From an uncultured Cellulomonas sp. (lineage in GTDB: Bacteria > Actinomycetota > Actinomycetes > Actinomycetales > Cellulomonadaceae): 64,000 bases of DNA. The notes under the pieces were generated by a model. That model did no database searches, was not told the DNA's origin, and worked only from the letters and a program-made list of their open reading frames with translations. This document shows, piece after piece, positions 1 through 8,929 of the stretch; positions within the stretch are counted from its first letter, which is position 1; every line of letters begins with the position of its first letter. The translations under genes and the position numbers were made by a program. The stretch spans positions 10,910 to 74,909 of the forward strand of contig NZ_CAURTV010000007.1 of assembly GCF_963527515.1 (NCBI RefSeq), read 5' to 3'.

Positions 1-82
1 CCGGAAGTCGGGCCATGGGGTCCTCCACGTCATCGTCGTCGGTGCCGATGGTCGGGTCATCGGCACCGGAGCGACCGGACAT
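1..82 (-). CDS. Possible 5' end of a divergent gene running off the left edge
   Basis: ATG at 82 opens a minus-strand frame (MSGRSGADDPTIGTDDDDVEDPMARLP...) with no stop before the edge. Alternative ATG at 16. Too short to assign a product. Confidence 0.3.
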   Translation of the reverse strand, partial: MSGRSGADDPTIGTDDDDVEDPMARLP

Positions 83-189
83 GATCGGACGTTTGGATGA
101 ATCCGATTCAGTCCGTTCCTGCCCGTTCTGCCATCAGGGTGCCGCTCAGGTCCTGCGCGCCGGAGGGTTGCAGCGGGCTTGCGGGGATC

Positions 190-220
190 TTGACCCGTCG
201 GGAGCGTGCAATATATTGCA
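190..220 (+). promoter_or_regulatory. Sigma70-type promoter overlapped by a perfect 14-bp palindrome (operator)
   Basis: TTGACC at 190-195 and TATATT at 212-217. TGCAATATATTGCA (207-220) is a perfect AT-rich palindrome covering the -10. Confidence 0.6.
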
Positions 221-278
221 TATGTCCGTTGTTCCACTGACGTCAGAGAGCAGCACACCTCACGAAAGGGACGACACC

Positions 279-1004
279 ATGACCACCACCGCCAAGCAGA
301 CCATCGTGCTGGTCCACGGCGCCTACGCAGACTCGTCGAGCTGGAACGGCTCGATCGACGCCCTGCGCGAGGCCGGCCACCACGTCATCGCCGCCGCGAA
401 CCCGCTGCGCGGGCTCGAGAGCGACGGCGAGTACCTCCGGAGCGTTCTCGAGAGCATCGAGGGTCCGATCGTCGTCGCCGGCCACTCGTACGGTGCCTCG
501 GTCATGAGCCACGCGGCCGACGGCAACCCGAACGTCACCGCGCTGGTGTACGTCGCGAGCTTCCTGGCCGAGCCGGGCGAGAGCCTGGTCGACCTCGTCG
601 AGAAGTTCCCCGGCGCGCAGCTCGGCAGCGCCGCGCAGCCCGTCCCGTACACCACGCCCGACGGCGGGACGGCGCCGGAGCTCTACATCGACCAGGAGCG
701 GTACCCCGCGCTGTTCGCGGGCGACGTCGACGTCGAGGTGGCGCAGCGGATGGCCGTCACCCAGCGACCGCTGGCGCTGGCGGCGTTCGAGGCCCAGGCC
801 ACTCGTGCGGCCTGGAAGTCCATCGAGTCCTGGGTGCTGCTCGCGACGCAGGACCTCGCGATCCCCGCGGAGCTGTCGCGCTTCATGTCGGCGCGGGCGG
901 ACGCCCACCTCGTCGAGGTCGACGCGTCCCACGCCGTGACGGTCTCGCAGCCCGGTGCGGTCGCCGACATCATCCTCGAGGCCGCGGGCAAGACCGCGCG
1001 CTGA
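279..1004 (+). CDS. Alpha/beta fold hydrolase (Abhydrolase_6-like esterase)
   Basis: VLVHGA oxyanion motif, GHSYG nucleophile elbow, late His (ASHAV). GAAAGGGA SD before ATG 279. Confidence 0.9.
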   Translation: MTTTAKQTIVLVHGAYADSSSWNGSIDALREAGHHVIAAANPLRGLESDGEYLRSVLESIEGPIVVAGHSYGASVMSHAADGNPNVTALVYVASFLAEPGESLVDLVEKFPGAQLGSAAQPVPYTTPDGGTAPELYIDQERYPALFAGDVDVEVAQRMAVTQRPLALAAFEAQATRAAWKSIESWVLLATQDLAIPAELSRFMSARADAHLVEVDASHAVTVSQPGAVADIILEAAGKTAR

Positions 1005-1014
1005 CCACCCCGTC

Positions 1015-1049
1015 CGCAGCCCGGCCGCACCCGTGGCGGCCGGGCTGCG
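1015..1049 (+). terminator. GC-rich stem-loop downstream of the hydrolase
   Basis: CGCAGCCCGGCCGC pairs with GCGGCCGGGCTGCG (14 bp); weak U-tail. Confidence 0.6.
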
Positions 1050-1127
1050 TATCTCCTGTTCCGGGGACACCTCCTCCTCTGCAGGCGGCACATCGACGTG
1101 CGTGCCACGAAGCAGGGGGCAGAAGAG

Positions 1128-2981
1128 ATGGCATACGAGATTCGCGGGTCCCTGTGGGGGACGCTGTGTCACGACGTGCGGGAGCCGCTGGCCGGCCTCG
1201 AGCTGCGCGCGTACCGGTCGACGGGTGACCGGACGACGGAGCGGGCGGTCGCGGCCGACAAGGAGACGTTCCACGAGGTGACGGACGGCGAGCGTGCCGA
1301 GCCGCCCGTCGCCGTCGCCCGGGTCGAGGACTCGGGACGGTACGTCCTGACCATCGACGACGAGCGGTACGACGGCGGTGCGCTGGACCTCGACCTGTTC
1401 GTCGAGAAGCCTCCGCGACCCCGGCACGAGCCTGGCGCCGAACCGCGCCAGCTCGCCGTCACCACGCTCCAGCCGCGCTGGCGGCAGACGGAGAACGACA
1501 TCCTCGCGGTCTGGGAGTACGCGATCCCGAACCGCTACTGGTGCCACCTCCTGGCGCTCTTCGGCATCTGGACGATCAGCGGGCAGATCACCACGTGCGA
1601 CGACAAGAGCCCGATCCCGGGTGCCGTCGTCTCGGCCTTCGACGCCGACTGGCTCCAGGACGACCCGCTCGGCACGGCGACCACCGACGCGACGGGCCAC
1701 TACGTCCTCACGTACCTCGCCTCGGACTTCCGGCGCACGCCGTTCTCGCCCTTCATCAACGTCGAGCTGACCGAGGGTCCCGACGTCTACGTGACGGTGG
1801 AGCTCGGCGGGCAGCCGATCATCACGGAGACCCAGTGGGACGGCCGCCAGCCGGGTCGGCAGAACGTCGGGCACTGCTTCTGCCTGGACCTGTGCACCGA
1901 CAAGCTGGTCGGTGACCCGGAGACCGTGCCGCACTGGCAGCAGGTCGAGGTCTTCGACATCCACCCGGGCAACGGCCAGCCGGGCTCCACGTTCGACGCG
2001 CTCGGGTACGCGGACCCGTCGGGCGGCGCGTACGTCTTCGGCGGCACGGTGACGCTGCGGGGCAACTGCCCGCTCACCGACCTGGGCACCGGTCACCCGC
2101 TGAAGTACCGCTTCCTGGTGGGTGAGTACACCTGGACGAGCGGCGAGGACCCGGCGAACCCGCCGACCGTCGCGCCCGCCACCCTGACGCCGGTGACGTC
2201 GCAGTGGGCCCCGACGCACGTGGGCTACGTGTTCTACACGGACGGCAACGGCGCAGCGCAGTCGGCATCGGTGTTCGTCAGCGCGAGCGACGCGGACGCG
2301 GACGGGTTCGTGCAGGTGGACGGCACGGCCGTGACGGTGCCGATGTACAACCCGCCCGGCTCGACCGCCGTCGTCACCGTCAGCGGGTCGAACTTCCTGC
2401 GCACGTTCGACCTGCAGGAGCTCAACACCGCGGCGATCACCGCGTTGCACCCCACCAAGAAGCCGGGCGGCCTGCCCAAGGCGCAGGCGGGCGAGACCCT
2501 GCCGGCGGGCGAGCAGGAGCCGGTCCGCCGGTACCGGGTCGGCTTCGAGGTCCGCGACGCCGTCACGGACACCACCCTGCACACCGACCAGCTCGACTCG
2601 ATCATCTTCGACAGCTCGGCGGTCATCGCCACCCTCGACCTCGAGGAGCTCCGCCTGAACGGCTGCAACCCGCTGTCGGGCGCGACGACGATCCACCTGC
2701 TGCACACGGTCGACCACCCGCACCTGAAGACCTTCTCGGTGACGATCAACAACAACGGCGGCACCGTGCACGTGCCGCCGCAGACGCCGTCCGGGGCGTT
2801 CGTCGTCGGGGACTACTCGTTCCGGGGCGGCGCGTCCGGCCCGCACAACAGCACGAGCACCGGCGGGATCCCGATCGACGTCTCCGCCGACCCGGCGTGC
2901 GCGTACTCGGTCAACCTCAGCTGGGTGACCCGCCGGTACCTCGACACGGGTCAGACGATCCAGCGGCTCTACTGCCACTGA
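1128..2981 (+). CDS. Hypothetical 617-aa protein with transthyretin/prealbumin-like (carboxypeptidase-regulatory-like) beta modules, Cys-rich
   Basis: Strong GC3 codon bias. ISGQITTC...PIPGAVVSAFDAD...LGTATTDATGHYVLTY pattern. No signal peptide. Confidence 0.8.
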   Translation: MAYEIRGSLWGTLCHDVREPLAGLELRAYRSTGDRTTERAVAADKETFHEVTDGERAEPPVAVARVEDSGRYVLTIDDERYDGGALDLDLFVEKPPRPRHEPGAEPRQLAVTTLQPRWRQTENDILAVWEYAIPNRYWCHLLALFGIWTISGQITTCDDKSPIPGAVVSAFDADWLQDDPLGTATTDATGHYVLTYLASDFRRTPFSPFINVELTEGPDVYVTVELGGQPIITETQWDGRQPGRQNVGHCFCLDLCTDKLVGDPETVPHWQQVEVFDIHPGNGQPGSTFDALGYADPSGGAYVFGGTVTLRGNCPLTDLGTGHPLKYRFLVGEYTWTSGEDPANPPTVAPATLTPVTSQWAPTHVGYVFYTDGNGAAQSASVFVSASDADADGFVQVDGTAVTVPMYNPPGSTAVVTVSGSNFLRTFDLQELNTAAITALHPTKKPGGLPKAQAGETLPAGEQEPVRRYRVGFEVRDAVTDTTLHTDQLDSIIFDSSAVIATLDLEELRLNGCNPLSGATTIHLLHTVDHPHLKTFSVTINNNGGTVHVPPQTPSGAFVVGDYSFRGGASGPHNSTSTGGIPIDVSADPACAYSVNLSWVTRRYLDTGQTIQRLYCH

Positions 2982-2985
2982 GCCG

Positions 2986-3026
2986 ACGGCGGAGGGCGTC
3001 CGGGCGCACCGGGCGTCCTCCGCCGT
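2986..3026 (+). terminator. Stem-loop after the hypothetical gene
   Basis: ACGGCGGAGGGCGTCCGG pairs with CCGGGCGTCCTCCGCCGT (with GU pairs). Confidence 0.55.
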
Positions 3027-3127
3027 GTCCCGGGACCAAGGGCCCACCCGCTCGATTCGTCCCGGATGGACCATGAGATGGCCGGTCACCCCCGGCACCC
3101 CGTTCGCGTGCACCTACAGGAGCGCTC

Positions 3128-3337
3128 ATGTCCACCGCCCGCCCCACCGACACCCTCGACGTCCGGCTCCGGACCCTGAGCCACACCATCCGGTGGGCGC
3201 CCGCACCGCGCTGGGGCAGCACCGCCGGCGAGCGTGCGCGGTACTCCGGGTACCTCGGCGGCAGCATCATCGGGTGGACCGTGCTCGGGCTCGGCACGGC
3301 CGCCCTGATCGGCCGCGCGCTCGGCCTCGGCGGCTGA
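3128..3337 (+). CDS. Small membrane protein (69 aa)
   Basis: AGGAG SD before ATG; hydrophobic Gly-rich C-terminal helix. Confidence 0.55.
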   Translation: MSTARPTDTLDVRLRTLSHTIRWAPAPRWGSTAGERARYSGYLGGSIIGWTVLGLGTAALIGRALGLGG

Positions 3338-3358
3338 CGCACCGCTTCTCGACCCGGG

Positions 3359-3898
3359 TCAGCCGACCCGGCCCAGGGCGATCGCGGCGTACATCAGCGC
3401 CGCCACCGTCTCGCCGTCGGTGATCGTCCCGTCGGCCACGAGCGTCAGCACCTCGGGCCACGGCACGGTCCGCACCGCAGCGATGCCTTCGGCGACCTGG
3501 TCGGTCGGCAGGCCGGACGCCCGCAGGCCGCGTGCGAGGTACACGTGCTCCGGGGCGTGGCAGATCCCGTTGAGGGCGAACATCGACCCGACGAGCTCCC
3601 ACCGGTCCGCCTCCAGGCCCGTCTCCTCCTGGAGCTCGCGGCGTGCGGCCGCCAGCAGGTCCTCGCCGTCGGAGCCACCCGCCGGGACCTCGAGCGACGA
3701 TCCTGTGGTGTACCGCGCCACCTCGACCAGCACGACCCCGCCGTCGTCCGTCACAGGGACGACGAACACCGCCGGGTGGCGCACCTCCACGACGCCGTAG
3801 GTCCCCGGCGTCCCGTCCGGCCGGTCGACCGCATCCTCACGGACCCGGATCCAGGCGTTCTCGTAGACGGTCGTCGAGCCGTGGGTACGCCAGGTCAT
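3359..3898 (-). CDS. NUDIX hydrolase (ADP-ribose pyrophosphatase-like)
   Basis: Nudix box GGSDGEDLLAAARRELQEETG; VYENAWIRVRED N-terminus; ITDGET C-terminus. Confidence 0.9.
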   Translation of the reverse strand: MTWRTHGSTTVYENAWIRVREDAVDRPDGTPGTYGVVEVRHPAVFVVPVTDDGGVVLVEVARYTTGSSLEVPAGGSDGEDLLAAARRELQEETGLEADRWELVGSMFALNGICHAPEHVYLARGLRASGLPTDQVAEGIAAVRTVPWPEVLTLVADGTITDGETVAALMYAAIALGRVG

Positions 3899-3923
3899 GC
3901 CTCAGCGTCGCAGACCGAGACAG

Positions 3924-3975
3924 GGATTGCGCTTACCGAGTGTTCTGTGACACCGTGAGGAAACCGGTTTCTCAC
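3924..3975 (+). promoter_or_regulatory. LacI-family-type operators upstream of the pectate lyase
   Basis: Perfect GAAACCGGTTTC (3960-3971) inside GTGAG...CTCAC. Second imperfect palindrome GGATTGCGCTTACC (3924-3937). Confidence 0.6.
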
Positions 3976-4000
3976 TCTTCGTCGGAGACAAGGACGTCTC

Positions 4001-5983
4001 ATGAGAGCTCGTCGCACCCTCGTCGTCACCCTGGCCGCGGGAGCACTCCTGCTCCCGACGAGCGCCGCCCACGCCGCTCCCCCGCCCCCCGCCGTGGACC
4101 TGGGCAGGGAGGTGCTCCCGTTCGGTGACGGCTGGGCCTCGTACGAGGGCCCCACGGTCCCGGACGGCAGGCCGACGGTCGCCACCGGGACCACCGGCGG
4201 GGCCGATGCCGCGCCGTCCGAGATGTACGTCGTGGACACCTGGCAGGAGCTGCGCGACGCCCTCGCCGGCAGACCCGGCGGCAGCCAGACCGATGCCCGG
4301 CGCAACGTCGTCCCCCGCATCGTCTACGTGACCGGCACCATCACCGCGTTCGACCCCACTGCGTGCGACGCCTTCGCCGCCCAGGTGACCGTCTCCGACA
4401 GCGGCCGGCCGTTCCGGATGGCCGACTACATCGCCCACTTCGACCCTGCCGGGCCCTGGGGCCGAGTGAGGCCGAGCGGCCCGCTCGAGGACGCCCGCGT
4501 CGCCGCCGCCGCCGTGCAGGCGGCGCAGACGCTCCAGCACGTCGGCTCGAACGTCACGCTCGTCGGCGTGGGTGACGACGCCCGGATCGTCGGCGCGAGC
4601 CTGCGGATCCGCGACGCCCACAACGTGATCCTGCGGAACCTGACGATCGCCGACGCCTACGACTGCTTCCCGGTCTGGGACCCGACCGACACGTCCGCCG
4701 GCAACTGGAACTCCGCGTACGACAACGTCTCGGTCTGGACGTCGACGAGCGTGTGGGTCGACCACAACACGTTCGACGACGGCGCCCACCCCCACAGCGC
4801 GCTGCCCACCGTCTACGGCCGGCCGTTCGAGGTGCACGACGGGCTCCTGGACCTCACGCACGGCTCCGACCTGGTGACCGTCTCCTACAACCGGCTGGTC
4901 GACCACGACAAGACCGAGCTCATCGGGTCCTCCGACTCCCGCCTGCAGGACCGTGGCCAGCACCGGGTGACCCTGCACCACAACCACTGGATCGACATCG
5001 GCCAGCGCGCACCGCGAGTGCGGTTCGGCGACGTGCACCTGTACGACAACCTGTACACCCAGACCACCGAGGGGCTGTTCCAGTACTACTGGGGCGCCGG
5101 CATCGAGTCGAGCATCTACGCGGAGAACAACGCGTTCGAGCTGGCTCCCGGGGTGGACCCCGCACGGATCATCACGCGATGGGGCGGGACGCAGCTGTTC
5201 GAGACCGGCTCCACCGTGAACCGCCAGGAGACCGACCTGGTGGCCGTGTTCAACGCGACGGCGCCGGTCCCTCTCGCCGACGCCGCCCGATGGAAGCCGG
5301 CCGACGTGTACGACTACACGCTCGACCCCGTGCAGGAGGTGCCGGCGATCGTGCGGGCGCAGGCCGGTGCCGGGGTGCTGCGGTCCGGCACGCCGGTGGC
5401 CTCGTCGAGCCCTGGCGTCGCGACGCTCTCCGACGACAACGGGTGGGACACCGGGCTGCACGACGGCGACTACACGGTGACGGCCACGCTGTGGTGGGGG
5501 CAGAACGCGACGGTCGCCCGGCTCTACGAGAACGGGGTGCTCGTCGACTCCCGGTGGCTCACCGGCTCGTCGCCCCAGCGCCAGACCGCCGCGTTCCCGG
5601 TCACGGGCAGGGCGGACGGCAGCTACACCTACGTGGTCGAGCTGCTCAACCCGTACGGCACCAGCACGTCGCGACCGCACACCGTGGTGGTCACCGACGC
5701 CGCGCCGGCCCGCGCGGTGCTCAGCGACGACAACCGGGACGGTGACGGGTCGTTCACCGTCACGAGCACCCTGTGGTGGGGCACCAACGCCACCCACTAC
5801 GCGCTGTACCGCGACGGGCAGCTGGTCGACGAGCAGGACCTGACCGCGGCGACGCCTCGGCGGCAGACCATGCGGACCGTCGTCGCCGGACTCGAGCCGG
5901 GCCGGTACGTCTTCGTGGCGGTGCTCAGCAACGCCGCGGGCAGCACGTCGACGGCCGAGCGGGTGGTCACCGTGCGGCGCTGA
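4001..5983 (+). CDS. Secreted pectate lyase (PL1) with two C-terminal Ig/Fn3-like repeats
   Basis: Signal peptide (AHA|A). PL1 motifs NVILRNL, VWVDH, HDGLLD, DHDK, QRAPRVRFGDVH. Duplicated LSDDN..DG.(Y/F)TVT.TLWWG.NAT modules. Confidence 0.92.
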   Translation: MRARRTLVVTLAAGALLLPTSAAHAAPPPPAVDLGREVLPFGDGWASYEGPTVPDGRPTVATGTTGGADAAPSEMYVVDTWQELRDALAGRPGGSQTDARRNVVPRIVYVTGTITAFDPTACDAFAAQVTVSDSGRPFRMADYIAHFDPAGPWGRVRPSGPLEDARVAAAAVQAAQTLQHVGSNVTLVGVGDDARIVGASLRIRDAHNVILRNLTIADAYDCFPVWDPTDTSAGNWNSAYDNVSVWTSTSVWVDHNTFDDGAHPHSALPTVYGRPFEVHDGLLDLTHGSDLVTVSYNRLVDHDKTELIGSSDSRLQDRGQHRVTLHHNHWIDIGQRAPRVRFGDVHLYDNLYTQTTEGLFQYYWGAGIESSIYAENNAFELAPGVDPARIITRWGGTQLFETGSTVNRQETDLVAVFNATAPVPLADAARWKPADVYDYTLDPVQEVPAIVRAQAGAGVLRSGTPVASSSPGVATLSDDNGWDTGLHDGDYTVTATLWWGQNATVARLYENGVLVDSRWLTGSSPQRQTAAFPVTGRADGSYTYVVELLNPYGTSTSRPHTVVVTDAAPARAVLSDDNRDGDGSFTVTSTLWWGTNATHYALYRDGQLVDEQDLTAATPRRQTMRTVVAGLEPGRYVFVAVLSNAAGSTSTAERVVTVRR

Positions 5984-6105
5984 CGAGGCTGTGCACCGCC
6001 CATGCGTCAGTTGTGGAGACTCGCGACGGCGCTGCACACAACGTGCACCGGACCTGCTGGTCAAGTCCCGCACGCGCAAGGTCGCCGCTGTCTAGCCTGT
6101 GCCTC

Positions 6106-7656
6106 ATGGCCGACTCCGGAGCACCGATCCCCCCGACTCAGCCCGCCGTGCCCGGCCCGCCTCCCACCTGGGTGGCGGGCCGTGCTGTTGCCGTCACCCT
6201 CCCCCGGTCGCCGGGACCCCTCGGCCAGGCCCTGGCCGGGTTCTGGGCCGAGCGTCGGCGCCCTGCCGCGCTCAGCACGTTGCTCGCGTGCGGCGCGGTC
6301 GGCGTCCTGGGCGGCGCGCTGCTCGTGGGCCATGACCCGGGGCTCGGCCTGGCACTGGTCGGCCTCCTCGCCTGGGCGGGCGCCGCCCCGGCCCTGGTGC
6401 GCCGACGGAACCTGGACGACCTCGTCACCGCCGGGCTGTCGGTCGCCCTGCTCGCCGTCGTCGCCCTGCGCGACGCCGGATGGGTGGTGGCGCTGTGCGC
6501 GTTGGCGGCCGCCTGGGTCGGCGTCGTCGCGGTGACCTCCGCACGCTCCGCCCCGGCGGCGCTCATCGCCCCGCTGACCTGGGCCGCAGGCACGGCACGC
6601 GCGCTGCCCTGGGTGGCCAAGGGGTTCGAGACACTGGCGGGGAGCCGCCGCGGCCAGCTGGTGGTCGCGCTGCGCAGCGCCGCGATCACCGTCGGACTGC
6701 TGCTGGTGTTCGGGCTTCTGTTCGCCAGCGCCGACCGCGTGTTCGCCAGCCTCATGCCGCGCGTCCAGGCCGACCTGCTCCCGGGGCAGCTGGTCGTCGG
6801 CGCCATGGTGGCGGTCGTCGCAGCCGCCCTCGCGCACCTCGCGCTCGCGCCGCCGAGCTGGTCGGACGCCCGCCTCTCCCCCGGCACGCCGGCGAGGCGC
6901 GCCGAGTGGCTGGTGCCGGTCCTGGCGCTCGACGCGATGGTGCTCCTGTTCGTCATGGTGCAGGTCGGCGCGCTGCTCGGGGGGCACCGGCACGTGCTGG
7001 AGACGGCCGGGCTCACCTACGCGCAGTACGCACGGGAAGGGTTTGCCCAGCTCGTCGCGGTCACCGCGCTCACGCTCGTCGTCGTCGCCGTCGCCGCTCG
7101 CCGCGCCCCCCGCGAGACCGCCCGGGACCGGCTCCTGACCCGCGTCGCCCTCGGCGTCCTGTGCCTCGGCACCCTCGGCGTCGTCGCGTCCGCGCTGCGA
7201 CGGATGGACCTGTACGTCGACGCGTTCGGGCTCACGCGGCTGCGGGTGTTCGTCACGGTCGTCGAGATCGCCCTGGCCGCCGTGTTCGTGCTGGTCATCG
7301 TGGCCGGTGTCCGGTGGCGCGGCGCCTGGCTCCCTCGGGCCATCGTCCAGGTGGTCGCCGTCGCGCTGCTCGGCCTGGCGCTCGTGAACCCCGACGCGCA
7401 GATCGTCCGCCACAACACCACCGCCGACCTGGCGACCCCCCTCGACGTCGGCTACCTCGCGGGGCTGTCCGCCGACGCGGTGCCCGCGTACGACCGGATC
7501 GAGGGCGACCCCCGGCTGCGGTCCTGCCTCCTCGGGTCGTTCGTGCCCTCGACGGGCTCCGGCTTCGCCGACTGGAACCTGGGCCGCGAGCGCGCGGCCG
7601 AGGTGCTCACATCGCAGGACGTCACTGCCGACCCGGCCTGCACCTCCGACCGGTAG
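6106..7656 (+). CDS. DUF4153/DUF4173 multi-pass membrane protein
   Basis: LFASAD.VF, LTYAQYAREGF.QL, RMDLYVDAFGLTRLR, YLAGLSADAVP motifs. Leaderless start (TAGCCT 6093-6098). Confidence 0.85.
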   Translation: MADSGAPIPPTQPAVPGPPPTWVAGRAVAVTLPRSPGPLGQALAGFWAERRRPAALSTLLACGAVGVLGGALLVGHDPGLGLALVGLLAWAGAAPALVRRRNLDDLVTAGLSVALLAVVALRDAGWVVALCALAAAWVGVVAVTSARSAPAALIAPLTWAAGTARALPWVAKGFETLAGSRRGQLVVALRSAAITVGLLLVFGLLFASADRVFASLMPRVQADLLPGQLVVGAMVAVVAAALAHLALAPPSWSDARLSPGTPARRAEWLVPVLALDAMVLLFVMVQVGALLGGHRHVLETAGLTYAQYAREGFAQLVAVTALTLVVVAVAARRAPRETARDRLLTRVALGVLCLGTLGVVASALRRMDLYVDAFGLTRLRVFVTVVEIALAAVFVLVIVAGVRWRGAWLPRAIVQVVAVALLGLALVNPDAQIVRHNTTADLATPLDVGYLAGLSADAVPAYDRIEGDPRLRSCLLGSFVPSTGSGFADWNLGRERAAEVLTSQDVTADPACTSDR

Positions 7657-7780
7657 GCCGGCGGGCCGGCGGGCCGGGAACACGAGAGCAGGTCGCCCAC
7701 CGGGCGGCACCGGACCCGGTACCGTGCCCACCGACGCCACCCACCGCGAGCCCGCTCGCCTGCCCAGCCCGGGGGACCCG

Positions 7781-8929
7781 ATGCCGCAACGACCCGCCAC
7801 CGGATCGGTGCTCCTGACGCCGACGGACCCGCGCAAGCCGCCGCTGTGGCTCCCCCGTGCGCTCGTCATGGTGGTCCTCGCCGTGTTCGCCGCCGTGCTG
7901 GCGTGGGGCGCGCTGCGCCAGCTCGGCAACGTGATCTTCATCGTCGTGATCTCGTGGTTCCTGGCGCTCGCCATGGAGCCGTCGATCCGCTGGCTCGTCA
8001 AGCACGGCATCCGGCGCACGCGCGCCACCGGACTGGTCATGCTCGGGTCCGTGATCGTGGTCGTCGTGGTGATCGCGCTGTTCGGCGGCCTGTTCATCGC
8101 GCAGGTGGTGGACCTGGCGCAGTCGCTGCCGGACTACTACGAACGGCTGGCGACGTGGGCCGACTCGCAGTTCGGCTTCGCCCTGCCGGAGGTCGACGAG
8201 CTGCTGGTCAACGCGGGGAACAACTGGCAGGAGCTCGCACCCGGCGTGCTCGGCATCGGCTCCTCGATCCTGGGCGGCCTGTTCACCGCGAGCGCCGTGC
8301 TGCTGGTCGTGTACTACATGGCCAGCTCGGGTCCGCGGTTCCGGGCGGCCATCTGCCGGCTGCTGGCGCCGGCCCGCCAGCGCGAGGTGCTGCGGCTGTG
8401 GGAGGTCTCGCAGGAGAAGGTCGCGGACTTCATCAACTCCCGGATCGTCCTCGCGGCCCTCTCCACGGTCGTCACGTTCGTCTTCCTGACGGTGCTCGGG
8501 ATCCCGTACGCGCTCCCGCTCGCCGCGTTCACGGGCGTCGTCTCGCAGTTCGTCCCCACCATCGGCACGTACATCGGTGGTGCGCTGCCGATCGCCGTCG
8601 CGCTCGCCGTGGACCCCCTCAAGGGCCTGCTGGTGCTCGCGTTCATCCTGGGATACCAGCAGATCGAGAACCTGGTCTTCGCCCCGAAGGTGTCCGCGCG
8701 CTCCCTCGAGATCAACCCGGCGGTGTCCTTCCTCGCCGTGCTCGCGTTCGGTGCGGTGTTCGGGCCCGTCGGCGCGTTCCTCGCGCTCCCCGTCGCCGCG
8801 ACGATCCAGGCGGTCTCGTCTACCTACGTGCGCCGGCACGAGCTGGTCGACGACGAGCTGCTGAAGGAGGATGGGGCGGCCGTCGACGCGCCCGACGACG
8901 AGCCGGCCGAGCCGGCGGGTCAGCCGTAG
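7781..8929 (+). CDS. AI-2E family transporter (PerM/YhhT)
   Basis: FVPTIGTYIG, YQQIENLVFAPKV, G.FLALPVAA motifs; many TM helices. Alternative GTG at 7724. Confidence 0.9.
   Translation: MPQRPATGSVLLTPTDPRKPPLWLPRALVMVVLAVFAAVLAWGALRQLGNVIFIVVISWFLALAMEPSIRWLVKHGIRRTRATGLVMLGSVIVVVVVIALFGGLFIAQVVDLAQSLPDYYERLATWADSQFGFALPEVDELLVNAGNNWQELAPGVLGIGSSILGGLFTASAVLLVVYYMASSGPRFRAAICRLLAPARQREVLRLWEVSQEKVADFINSRIVLAALSTVVTFVFLTVLGIPYALPLAAFTGVVSQFVPTIGTYIGGALPIAVALAVDPLKGLLVLAFILGYQQIENLVFAPKVSARSLEINPAVSFLAVLAFGAVFGPVGAFLALPVAATIQAVSSTYVRRHELVDDELLKEDGAAVDAPDDEPAEPAGQP

Noticed and set aside
243..3113. Long antisense or alternate-frame ORFs (also 7622-11014, 32387-35086, 37539-40373 and others)
   Set aside because: They are Arg/Gly/Pro/Val-rich shadows of real genes, expected in high-GC DNA where stop codons are scarce, and carry no motifs.
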